Shown here one piece after another: positions 26,560 to 38,242 of a stretch of DNA of 64,000 nt (its first letter is position 1; each line of letters opens with the position of its first letter). A model generated the notes under the pieces. That model had not been told where the DNA came from and ran no database searches. It saw only the letters and a list, made by a program, of their open reading frames with translations. The stretch is from positions 206,894,001 through 206,958,000 of the forward strand of contig OZ024740.1 of assembly GCA_964016885.1 (NCBI GenBank), written 5' to 3'. A program made the position numbers and the translations under genes. The DNA is from Eledone cirrhosa (Eukaryota).

Positions 26560-26837
26560 AAATAAACAAATACATTTCTTTGAAAACAAAGTTATTTCCC
26601 TTTTACGTTTAAATTCGTGTGATTTAATCGGATAATATTGTATAATCTTTACATTTCTGAGTTTAATAAGTACTACCGCTGTTTATAGAGAGGATATAGG
26701 CTGCTAATCTCTCCCCTTGTGACCCTGTACTCTATTCAGCCGTATATTGAGTCGTGTATTAATGTCTTTTAGTAGTGTTTAGTCATTCTCCCTTTCATTG
26801 TTATCTAAATATTAATATAGTACAGACAATAATAATA

Positions 26838-27243
26838 ATTTCTGGTTTAGGAACAAGGCCAACAATTTTTTTGCGGGGGGGGGGGGGATAAAGCGACCTC
26901 TGCAATTTATTTCATCGACCCTGTAAGGATGAAAGACAAAGTAAAGCTAAACTCGTCGGGATTTGAACTCAGAACGTAAAAGGCTATAACTCTATGCTGC
27001 TGAGCATGTTGCCCGACGCTCTACAGATTCTGCCAATCCACTGCTCTATAGACAATAACTGTTTCTACTTTTGGCACAAGGCCACCAATTACCCAGTGCA
27101 TTACTGGTACTTTATTTTATCGACCCCGTAAGGGTGAAAGGCAAAGTTAACCTTGGTGGGATTTGAACTCAGACTGTAAAGGGACGTAACTATGCTGGAA
27201 AGCATGGCGTCCAACCCTCTATCGATACTGCCAATCCACCGCC
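26838..27243 (-). mobile_element. Two tandem SINE family A copies (26838-27045 diverged; 27057-27243)
   Basis: Both match the consensus and share an AGACAATAA flank. Confidence 0.85.
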
Positions 27244-27250
27244 TAATAAT

Positions 27251-27678
27251 CTCCAATAATACACTGACCACTACCACAATGATATATACCTGGACATTGT
27301 GGGAGAACACTCTCCAGTAATACACTGACTACCACCACCACCACCACTACCACCACCACCAACACCACCACCACCACCCTCACCACCACCACCACCACCA
27401 CCACCACCACAATGATACATACCTGGAGAATGTGGGAGAACACTCTCCAATAATACACAGACTACCACCACAACCACCACCATCACTACCACCACCACCA
27501 CTACCACCACCACCACCATCACTACTACCACCACCACAACCACCACCATCACTACCACCACCACCACTACCACCACTACCACTACCACCACCACCACTAC
27601 TACCACCACCACCACCACAACCACCACCATCACTACCACAATGATATATATCTGGACAATGTGGGAGAACACTCTCCC
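27251..27678. repeat. Compound repeat: ~50-bp core x3 separated by expanding (CCA/CTA)n tracts
   Basis: Core AATGATATATACCTGGACATTGTGGGAGAACACTCTCC at ~27278, ~27411 and ~27639. Confidence 0.85.
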
Positions 27679-28055
27679 ACATGAAGAACCCCAGAGCATG
27701 CCACCTCATGGCCCCAGTGTTGTGAATGCGGTGTGTTGAAATTACTGTTTCTTTAATCCCATTCAGCCCTAATCCAGGACAGGACACCTGATTAAATATT
27801 TTCTAGTCATGAGACTCTCTTTCTTACTAGATTGACATTGAAATAGCTTTATATGACTAATTGTTATTTCAAACACCATGAGAAACATCACTCCTCCTCC
27901 CCACATACACATGTCTGTCTTTCTTCTAGTTTATATTGTATATACATCTTATCACATATTTTTTTATATATGGGACATTTTCTAATGTACATGTTTTGAA
28001 TTTTAGATGGTAGAGTATGTGATTTTAAGTAAATTTAGCTGCTCTTTCACACACA

Positions 28056-28162
<107 letters not shown>

Positions 28163-28259
28163 TTTCAGAGAGACACCAGGTGTAAGATGTTGTTTGTGGT
28201 ATCCTTACTTTGAAAGGTTGACAGGTGGTATGTGAAAAGGTTGGCAATATTTCATTACA

Positions 28260-28920
28260 TATAGCTACAAAAGGCTTTTCTAGCAACAAAATGCTTTTCC
28301 CTCAAAATGAAAGCCAGACTATATGAGGCATGCATATGAACAGCAATGTTGTATGGTAGTAAAACCTGGGCATTGTGTGCAGAAGACTTACATAGATTGG
28401 AAATAAATAAATCTTGTATGCTCCAATGGATGTGTAATAGTAATATATGCGAACGGCAAAGCATAAACGAACTGAGAGAGAAACTAGGCATAAGAGGATT
28501 TGGATGCAATGTGCAGGAGAGGAGATTACGTTGGTATGGACATGTGATGTGTATAAAGGATGACAGCTGTATAAAAATATAAAAAGGTGCAGAGTGCTCA
28601 AAGTTGATGGAAGCCGTGGTGTGGGAAGACCCAAGAAGACTTGGGACAAGGTGATAAAAGCTGACCATGCCCAATTGCACCTGTCAAAGGCAGTGACACA
28701 GGTCCAAGACCTCTGGCGTTAATACAGCAGCAATACAGAAGACCTGACTTCCCATGGGCGCAGGCCGAAACTGAAGCATCCAGCTGTATAAAAATCAAGC
28801 CAAAATCAGTTCTGTATGAGCAAAACATGGTCACCTGTCCCAACATTGCTAACAACATGATAACTCGTCTAACCCATGCTAGCATGGAGAAATAGACATT
28901 AAACGGTGATGATGATGATG
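28260..28920 (+). mobile_element. RTE LINE 3' fragment with (GAT)n tail
   Basis: MLYGSKTWAL...RRLRWYGHV. Homologous to 49470-50318. Confidence 0.85.
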
Positions 28921-29699
28921 TGTTTGCCTGAGTTCTAATATAGGCAAACAACAGTTCACAAGATGAGTTTCAGCCAAATATCCAAGCAGTTATTCCAGTT
29001 AGTTATAAAGAAAAGTCTATATTAGTAGCATGACATAGTTTATTAATTATATCAGTTGATCTGGGTTGTTATTGTGTCGTTTCTCCCTTTTTATTTTTAG
29101 ATATATGTATATATTTACACCACTTCTATTATAATAAGGGTCAAAACTGACTTTAAGTTGTTTTAATTTTGTTTTATGAACAAGAATCAATAATTTTATA
29201 TTTTAAGCTAGGAAATACTTTCAACATATTTATCTCTTTGTAAAACTGTAGTATTCTCAACACAAGGGGTGTTGTAAACAGCTGAATACTATATATATAG
29301 TAAAAGGTTGGGTTAAGATATAACCACATATCGAATGGAGAGAGGAGAGAAAGAAAGAAAGATGAGAAATGGGGGGGGGGGGGATATAGAGAGAGAGAAG
29401 AGAAGAGGAGAATTGAATTATTAAAGTCACTTTTTTTCCTAATAAGGATATGAAGGGACACGGTTATTTGACTAGCTAGTAGATTGTTCATAATTTTGTG
29501 TCAACAGATGTAGATATCAACAACCTTTATCAGCAAGCTATACCATTGCTACCCTAATAATACAAGTGTAGCAGAACAGTCTGGATTGATAGATTTCAGT
29601 TTTATTCTAAACATGAAATTTTTTTTTAAAGATTATTAGATATATGTTTATTCATGTTTCCATTGGTCTTTCCAATTGCTAACACTATCTATCAGTTGC

Positions 29700-29830
29700 A
29701 AATCTAAGCAGAAGGGGCAATGTGAAATAAAGTGTCTTGCTCAAGGACATAACGCATCGCCTGGTCCAAGAATCATCTCACAACCTCATGATTGCAAATC
29801 CAATACTCTAATCAATCGGCCACGCCTCTT
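29700..29830 (-). mobile_element. Second tRNA-derived SINE family fragment (family B)
   Basis: Minus-strand TGTCCTTGAGCAAGACACTTTATTTCACATTGC core, also present at 46100-46175. Confidence 0.6.
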
Positions 29831-30213
29831 CATTTGTTTGCATGTTGACTGCTAATAACACTATATATGGTCCATTGTATGTAGGTTATTCCAGAGAAGG
29901 AAGAACCCATAAACTCTTCTTATAGGCTCCAAAGAAAAAATTTACAAACATTGTATATACTGAACTACTGTAAATGTTTTATGATTTTCGTAGAATACAT
30001 TTTTCTGTTATTTTCTTTATTACTTTCTGTATTTAGATATTCTAAATAATTTTTAAAAATTATGTTATGCAATATTTAAATACCTTTTAGCATGTTATTC
30101 TGATGATAATAGATACTATGACAGTTGACAATAAGTGCTGTATAAATAGATTTGAGCTGAGCAAAGACCGGGAGGCCACAAGAATATATATATACATATA
30201 CATATGTGTGTGT

Positions 30214-30464
30214 ATCATCATCATCATCATCATCATCGTTTAACGTCCATCTTCCACGCTTGCATGGGTTTGGACGGGAGTTTTCCCACTTGAGGCAAGA
30301 TTGGTTGTCCTGCTCGTATAGGACTGTCTGGGGGGTTTTCTACGGCTGGATGCCCTTCCTAACACCAACCACGTTTACAATGTGGACTGGGAGGTTTTTA
30401 CCGTGTTACCTACACGGCCACATTACAGCGTGGACTGTGTTAATTTTTGTCGTGACACCTACAC

Positions 30465-30524
<60 letters not shown>

Positions 30525-30830
30525 TCATCATCATCATCATCGACGTTTAACGTCCGTGTTCCACGCTTGCATGGGTTTGGACGGGGGTAGTCCCACTTGA
30601 GGCAAGAGTGATTGTCTTGCTCGCATAGGACTGTCTGGCAGGTTTTCTACAGTTGGATGCCCTTCCTAACACCAACCACATTTACAGTGTGGGTCTGGGA
30701 GGTTTTTACCGTGTTGCCTACACGGCCACATTACAGCGTGGACTGTGTGTTTTTTTGTCGTGACACCTACACGATCTCATTTGTTTCGGCCTGGATGGCG
30801 CGGCACCAACATAACTTTACATAGAACGGG
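30214..30830 (-). mobile_element. Two RTE 3'-UTR/tail fragments (30214-30465 and 30521-30830)
   Basis: Reverse complement of the RTE 3' UTR (GTTGGTGTTAGGAAGGGCATCCAGCCGTAGAAA) with (GAT)n tails. Confidence 0.88.
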
Positions 30831-30842
30831 GTATATATATAT

Positions 30843-31514
30843 ATGTAATAGTAATATACGTGAACGGCAAAGCATAAATGATGTTGTTTACTCGAGAGAA
30901 GACTACGTTGGTATGGTCACGTGATGCGCATGAAAGACGACAGCTGTATAAAAAAGTGCAGGGCGATAAAAATAGACGGTAGCCGCGGAGTAGGCAGACC
31001 CAGAAAAACCTGGGACGACTTGATAAATTCCGACCTCACACACTTACACCTCTCCAAGACAATGTCACTGGACCGAGATCTTTGGCGCTACACAGTAATA
31101 CAGAAGACCCGCCTTGCCTAAGTACAAAGCGAAACCTACAGTCAGTAGGCACCTCTAACAAAAATACACCCCGTCCCACTACCCCCACCCCATCCACCCC
31201 ACCCCTTTCAATGTAAAGTTATGTTGGTACCACAACATCCAGGCCAAAACAAATGAGGTCGTGTAGGTGTCACGACAAAAAAAACACACAGTAAAAAAAA
31301 AAAACATGCTGTAATGTGGCCGTGTAGGTAACACAGTAAAAACCTCCCAGCCCACACTGTAAACGTGGTTGGTGTTAGGAAGGGCATCCAGCCGTAGAAA
31401 ACCCGCCAGAAAGTCCTATACAAGCAAGTCAACCAATCTTGCCTCAAGTGGGAAAATTCCCGTCCAAACCCATGCAAGCATGGAAGATGGACGTTAAACG
31501 ATGATGATGATGAT
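30843..31514 (+). mobile_element. RTE LINE 3' fragment with full 3' UTR
   Basis: RRLRWYGHVMRM...GRPRKTW. Highly similar to 57337-58167. Confidence 0.9.
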
Positions 31515-31519
31515 ATATG

Positions 31520-31595
<76 letters not shown>

Positions 31596-31599
31596 CATA

Positions 31600-32270
31600 C
31601 ATACATTATATGTTTCTGGACAGAGAAACTCCTGGTGATTTAGGCTTTCTCAAGATATTCCATTCGGAATACCGTTATTTTCCTCATGAAACTGCAGTAG
31701 GGACATTAAAGTGAGTAGGTAAAGATATTTTTCTTAACTTGTTTGCTTTTTCCATATATGATATTATTAAGAGTTGTTAAGATACGGGTCCCTTAGAATA
31801 AATTTTGTTCGCGAAATTCCTGGCCTGACTGTAGTTTGACATTAATACCGACCTTTCTTCCTCTTTCTTTCTGTCTTTCTCCTTGTAGCTGGACATTAAC
31901 CCTGACTTTTCTTCTTCTTCCTTTACTTCCTTCCCCCTTCTTCTCTCTTCTTTCTTTTTTCTTGTGGCACGATATTAACGCTGACTTATGTTCCTCTCCC
32001 TTTCTGTTTTCCTCTATTTGACCAGTAGTAGCACACTATAAGCTTTAGCCACGTCACTTGAGGGCAACCGGCAAAGGTGGAAGATGCTGGATGGTGGTCG
32101 TCCTCCGGTCTTTGATTTTCAGCCCCATGGATTTTATCTATTGCATTCACTTATTATATTTCGAATACCTGATGATATCACCGGATTCATACGGAACCCG
32201 GTCATTGAAATGATCATAGTATAATAAACCTTTCAAGGATTTTCACAAGTCCAGCCTCCTGCCATTTCTT
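31600..32270 (+). mobile_element. Probable Penelope-like 3' end / pLTR remnant
   Basis: Pyrimidine-rich UTR, then a hammerhead motif at 32169 followed by AATAAA, ending at (TA)n. No recognisable intact ORF. Confidence 0.4.
32151..32227 (+). ncRNA. Candidate type-I hammerhead ribozyme
   Basis: AUAC-CUGAUGA (32169-75), stem II core ACCGG/CCGGU, GAAA (32207-10), palindromic AUGAUCAU, A, then GUAU closing stem I. The 10.1-11.1 position is a U-U mismatch. Confidence 0.55.
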
Positions 32271-32284
32271 TATATATATATATA

Positions 32285-33650
32285 TACAAGTTAATATAAA
32301 TTAATATATGATAAACACATAAGTGTTTGTATTGTAAAAGACGAAGTTAGCTAGAATGAAATAAACTAATTCAAATAAATATATATAGTTTGCCTGTCTC
32401 GATTTAAAATAATAAATAAATAAAAACAAATCCATATTGGCAAATAGCCGTGATACCTGGACAAATTAAAATTTCAAAATCCAAACCTGTTCCGCAGACA
32501 AATTTGAATTTCAAAACCCAAATAAGTTTCGCAACGATAGTATAAAAAGTGAAATATTCCAATTTTCTGTGCTTCTCAACAGGTATCCAGAAAAATTAGG
32601 ATGCTTCACCTCGAAATAATTTAGGAGGTCTGGTTCACTAGCGCAAACGCACGAGGTTTTGCACGAGGTTTTCCAGCTCACTAGCTATCTCATATTCATG
32701 GCGCTAGAAATAACAGCCGTTTATATGGGATTAAAAATTAGCTCAACAAAAGGAGCCGTAATATTATATTATATTTAGAGTTATAAACTCAAACAGTCCT
32801 TTACAATTAATTAGCTCAAAGAAAGAAGCATTTCTGAGCCGTGAAATACAAGTTAATATAAATTAATATATGATAAACACATAAGTGTTTGTATTGTAAA
32901 AGACGAAGTTAGCTAGAATAAAATAAACTAATTCAAATAAATATATATAGTTTGCCTGTCTCGATTTAAAATAATAAATCAATAAAAACAAACCCATATT
33001 GGCAAATAGCCGTGATACCTGGACAAATTTAAATTTCAAAATCCAAACCTGTTCCGCAGACAAATTTCAAAACCAATTTCTAAATATAATATAATATTAC
33101 GGCTCCTTTTGTTGAGCTAATTTTTAATCCCATATAAACGGCTGTTATTTCTAGCGCCATGAATATGAGATAGCTAGTGAGCTGGAAAACCTCGTGCAAA
33201 ACCTCGTGCGTTTGCGCTAGTGAACCAGACCTCCTAAATTATTTCGAGGTGAAGCATCCTAATTTTTCTGGATACCTGTTGAGAAGCACAGAAAATTGGA
33301 ATATTTCACTTTTTATACTATCGTTGCGAAACTTATTTGGGTTTTGAAATTCAAATTTGTCTGCGGAACAGGTTTAGATTTTGAAATTTAAATTTGTCCA
33401 GGTATCACGGCTATTTGCCTATATGGGTTTGTTTTTATTGATTTATTATTTTAAATCGAAACAGGCAAACTATATATATTTATTTGAATTAGTTTATTTC
33501 ATTCTAGCTAACTTCGTCTTTTACAATACAAACACTTATGTGTTTATCATATATTAATTTATATTAATTTGTATTTCACGGCTCAGAAATGCTTCTTTCT
33601 TTGAGCTAATTAATTGTAAAGGACTGTTTGAGTTTATAACTCTAAATATA

Positions 33651-33658
<8 letters not shown>
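32285..33658. repeat. ~560-bp unit array: A-B-C-A followed by inverted B'-A'-C'
   Basis: A 32285-32505, B 32506-32780, C 32781-32846, A 32847-33066, then the inverted copy 33079-33658. Copies are nearly identical and flanked by (TA)n. Confidence 0.9.
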
Positions 33659-33729
<71 letters not shown>

Positions 33730-33843
33730 ATAATATTAATAAATAGAAACTATCTTTATAAAACCATATTTATTTTATTATATAATTAAATAACTCATTG
33801 TTTATATATATCTAATAATATATATATATATATATATATATAC

Positions 33844-33925
<82 letters not shown>

Positions 33926-34261
33926 GTATATATATAAATATATATATATATAGTGATAAGTGGATGGAACTAGCATGGGTATCACTGCTAGGACCGGTTG
34001 CATATATATATAGTGTAGGTAGTACGGTGAAATACTGGTGTTGGTACCAAATCAAGCACTCTGTGTATATATTAGAAAAAACGAGGAAGCTTCGTTTATA
34101 TATGAAAAATATTTATTGTATATCGACCTATTATGCGTGTTTTGCAGAGGATTGGCTGAAGGTGACCCATAGGAGTTGTGGACCCGACTACAGTATTGAT
34201 CTGCTCCTCAGACTGGTGATGCGACAAAAGACATATAAAAAAAAAAAATTTTTGTTTGTTG

Positions 34262-34353
34262 CATCACCAGTCTGAGGAGCAGATCGATACTGGAGTCAGG
34301 TCCTATAGGTCACCTTGAGCCAATCCTCTGCGAAATGCACGTAACAGATCGAT
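34262..34353 (+). ncRNA. Candidate type-I hammerhead ribozyme with extended stem II
   Basis: CUGAGGA (34272-78), stem II GCAGA...UCUGC (G10.1-C11.1), GAAA (34332-35), short stem III AUGCACGU, cleavage triplet GUA (34341-43). Stem I begins GU/AC. Confidence 0.62.
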
Positions 34354-34380
34354 ATACAATAAATATTTTTCATATGTAAA

Positions 34381-34545
34381 GTGGTTGTGGAGGTGCCACG
34401 GCAAAAAAGCACCCAGCACTCACTGTAAATGAGGTTGGTGTTAGGAAGGGCATCCAGCTGTAGAAATCAAGCCAGAATCAGTTCCCGTCCCACCCTTGCA
34501 AGCAGGGAAAAGTGGACGTAAAATGAGATGATGATGATGATGATG
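34381..34545 (+). mobile_element. RTE-tail SINE/LINE 3' fragment
   Basis: RTE 3' UTR motif and (GAT)n tail with a 7-bp TSD ATGTAAA (34374-80 and 34546-52). Confidence 0.8.
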
Positions 34546-34588
34546 ATGTAAACAAAACTTCCTCATTTTTTCTATTATATATATATAT

Positions 34589-35655
34589 CATCATCATCAT
34601 CATCATCATCACCGTTTTATGTCAATTTTTCCACGTTAGCATGGGTTAGATGGGTTGTCCTGTTGTGGGCAATGCTAGGTCAGGTGACCATGTCTTGCAC
34701 ATACAGAACTGATTTGGGTTTGGTTTCCACAGCTGGATGCCCTACCTAACGCCAACCTCATTTACGGTGAGTACTGGGTGCTTTTTGTCGTGACACCAGT
34801 ATGACCATTTTACAGTGTAGACTGGGTGTTTTTTGTCATGACATTTACACGACCACTTTACAGAGTAGCCTGGGTACTTTTTGTCGTGTCACCATCACGA
34901 CCACTTTACAGTGTAGGCTTCACTAGATGCATACCTCATACTGCCCTTGTGGGAGATGGGTGGGATGGGGTGGTGAATACTGTATATATGCTTCAGTTTC
35001 AGCCTGTGCGGAGCCAGGTCTTCTGTATTACTTTGTAACGCTAGAGATCTTGATACTGTGTCATCACCTTTGAGAGATGCAACTGAGTAGGTCAGCTTTT
35101 ATAACCTTTTCCCAAGTCTTTATGCAGATGTCATCCTTCATATGCATCACATGTCCATACCAATGCAGTCTCCTCTCCTGCACACAGCATTTGATTCCTC
35201 TTATGCCTAGTTTCTCTCTCAGTTAGTTTATACTTCTCCATTCTCGAATATTACTATTACACTTCCATCGGAGCATGCAAGCTTCATTTCTTTCCAATCT
35301 ATGCAAGTCTTCTGCACACAGCGCCCAGATGTCACTACCATGCAGTATTGCTGTTCATATGCTTGCATCATACAGTCTGCCTTTCATTTTGAGGGAAAAA
35401 CCTTTTGCAGCTAGCAGTGGTAGTAGTTCCCTGAACTTCTTCCATCCCGTTCTTACCCTGGTTACTCTACTTTCAGAACACCCACCTCTGCTGCTAATTC
35501 AGTCACCCAGGTAGCAGAAGTTGTCTACTGTTTCTACAGAGCCCTCCCAAAATTTGGTAGTGCTTCCTGTGGTCGTTTGCTACTTACTGTCCCGGTGCAG
35601 CTGCTACATGTAAAGCCTACATTCTTAGCTAAACTTCCTGAGATCCCACTACATC
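34589..35655 (-). mobile_element. RTE LINE 3' fragment
   Basis: Reverse complement of the RTE C-terminal coding region and 3' UTR, with the (ATC)n tail at 34589. Confidence 0.85.
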
Positions 35656-35804
35656 TCTTCATCATCATCATCATCATTTTACGTCCGTTTTTCCCTGCTT
35701 GCAATATAGGTCTGTGTTTGTGTATATATACATATGTATGTATATATATATATATATGTGTATGTGTGTGTATATATTTATATATATGTGTGTGTGTGTG
35801 TGTA

Positions 35805-36330
35805 TGGTCACATTCGAGTGCTACTGGTAACATGTAACCCAGTACAACCGGCCTCATAGTCGGGTCATTGGCAACTAAACCAGCAACCCCACCAAGCTTG
35901 CTTGGTGAGGAGGGTGATATTTAGACAACCTGCGGGGTGAAATACAAGACCCAGCAAAGGGTGGAGGAACTCAGTAGACTCAATGGCCATCCAAATAGTA
36001 CTTTTTTTTCCCACCTGGGAGTGAAAGGCCCCCAGTTATTGTCACAGCACCTTTCTAAGAGAGGGAATCTCTGAAAAAAAAACCTGTGGCTTTGGAAGCA
36101 TCCGATGATGTTCACCATTTTTCCTATTCGGATAGTGTTTTCGATGCTCAGAGAGTGGGATTGGTCGAGTGCAAGGCCTTTCCCCACTTAAAAAAACCTT
36201 CAAAGCACAGGCATTGCTTGTTCAGGATCTGTTACAGGTCTGTGTGGCTGGTTGTAGCCTAAAAGTTCACCAAACTCTATGATGACAAATGAATCTGCGA
36301 TTGCAATACTCTTAGCAGAGTTTGCAGCCA
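35805..36330 (+). mobile_element. Probable RTE (BovB-like) 5' UTR fragment
   Basis: Relatively GC-rich structured leader with hairpin CACCAAGCTTGCTTGGTG, resembling RTE 5' leaders (recollection, not aligned). Confidence 0.4.
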
Positions 36331-36796
36331 TCATATATATGTGTTTGTGTATGTGTGTGTATATATATATATATGTGTGTGTGTGAGTGTGTATATATAT
36401 ATATAATAATTAAATTATTGTGTACAGTGCTCAGGTACACTACAACCCATCAAAGGTGCATGTATAGTACTTAGAATAATGTGCAGCAATATAACTAACT
36501 TTCTTATTACTTATCTAATGTTTGGAGTATAACTTAACAAATATTCTTACATAAAATTATGATGGTTTTTAGAATAAGTACACCATACCGCTGTGTGTCC
36601 CAAGAAGCAACCAAATGGGTTGGCATCAAGAAGGGCAACCACTGCTAGCATGGAAAAGTAGTCGTAAAAATGATGACACTCTAAAACAAACAGTTTTGAA
36701 TCATAAAACCAGGGGTGGTTTCAGGTGGTTTGCTATAAAATATGTTAAAATTTACTTACTTTTTACAATCTCAATCATAAGGAAGAGAAACTTTTT

Positions 36797-37108
36797 GACA
36801 CCTTCACTCAGTGATGAAGCTACTTTCACTCTGTTGTGAAGCCACATTCAATCAGTGATGTAATGTTCACTCCCTGATGTAGCTAACTTCACTCAGTGAT
36901 ATAGCTACCTTCATTCAGTAATGTAGCCGGTTTCACTTGATGATTCAGCCACTTTCATTCCGTCATGAAGCCACTTTTACAGTGATATAGCCACCTTCAC
37001 TCAGTGATGTAAACACCTTCACTCAGTGATGTAACCTTTACTCAATTATGAAGCCATTTTCACACTGATGTAGACACCTTCACTCAGTGATGTAGCCACC
37101 TTCACTCA
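36797..37108. repeat. 22-bp minisatellite, ~14 diverged copies
   Basis: Consensus GCCACCTTCACTCAGTGATGTA. Confidence 0.9.
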
Positions 37109-37329
37109 ATAGTTTGTTGTTTTTGTTTTTCTATCAGGATAAATATAAGAGATGTTATTTAACTGAAGTAAAGTGACCTCAATGTGAGTATTGTACTGAG
37201 GTGAGTATAAAAGTGACCACCATATTCTAAGCATTGTGCTGAGGTCAGTACACAAGTGATCACCATGTTGTGAGTATTGTATGTATATTAAGAGTGTCAG
37301 TGATATCAACCTTTTCTAATCTCTGAAAG

Positions 37330-37940
37330 CATCCATAGAATGATTGACAGCTTCTGCTACATAGGTGATCTAATTATCAGTGGAAGAGGTTGCTCTGAGT
37401 GCAAAGTAGCTAGAATAAGGACAGGATGGAAGAAGTTTAAGAAGCTACTACCTCTGCTGACAATGAAAAGTTTCTTTCTATGAATGAATGGCTCGCTTTA
37501 TGACACCTGTGTGTGGGGCTGAATGGTAGTGAGACATGGGCAGTGAATGCAGAGGATTTGCAAAGACTGAAGAGAAATAAAGCAAGCATGCTTTGATGGA
37601 TGTGCAATATTAATGTTCATGAATGACAAAGCATGGATGAACTGAGAGAAAAACTGGGTATAAGAAGTAATGTGCAATAAAGAAGACTGCACTGGTATGG
37701 ACATGTGATGGGTATGGATGATGATCACTGGTGAAGAAGTGCCAGGAAATCTCAGCAGAAGCAAGTCATTGTAAAGGAAGATCTGCATGAAGGTGATGAG
37801 AGGTGATTTCAAATCACTAAAGCTCACAGAGATGATGAAGGAACACAATGATTGGAGAGATGCTGTACTGAAAAAAGACCCATCCAGCCTGTGCATGCAT
37901 GGAAAAACAGATGTAAAATTATGATAATGATGAAGATGAT
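37330..37940 (+). mobile_element. Old RTE LINE 3' fragment
   Basis: Degraded homolog of the RTE C-terminus (GSETWA, RLHWYGHV) with a tail. Confidence 0.75.
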
Positions 37941-38242
37941 TGCCTGAAATCACCCCTGGTTTTACAACACAAAGTTTATGTAAGAACCTGTAAGTTATGC
38001 TTCAAATACAAGCATAATAACAAAAAGTTAGTTATATTACTAAATCCCTTAAAATTTTTGGTTATTTTCAAAAGTATTTGAAAATCGTAGGTAGTAACTT
38101 ATATTAAAAATATGCTAATGTAAAGGTTAATGTAATTCTCAGGGGAATTTAGCATGACACAGTGTGTGATAAGGCTGACTCTTTGAATTACAAGTAGTAT
38201 GTCTTGTATTATGTTGTAAATGGCTAAGCATTCCTTAGATAC

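Larger units (their letters stand above)
34066..34588. repeat. Fold-back element with a hammerhead in its arms; the right arm is interrupted by an RTE-tail insertion
   Basis: Left arm 34066-34229 pairs with 34255-34380 plus 34553-34588. Confidence 0.85.

Noticed and set aside
27251-27678. CRISPR-like repeat-spacer appearance
   Set aside because: The spacers are (CCA)n microsatellites of very different lengths, the context is eukaryotic, and there are no cas genes.
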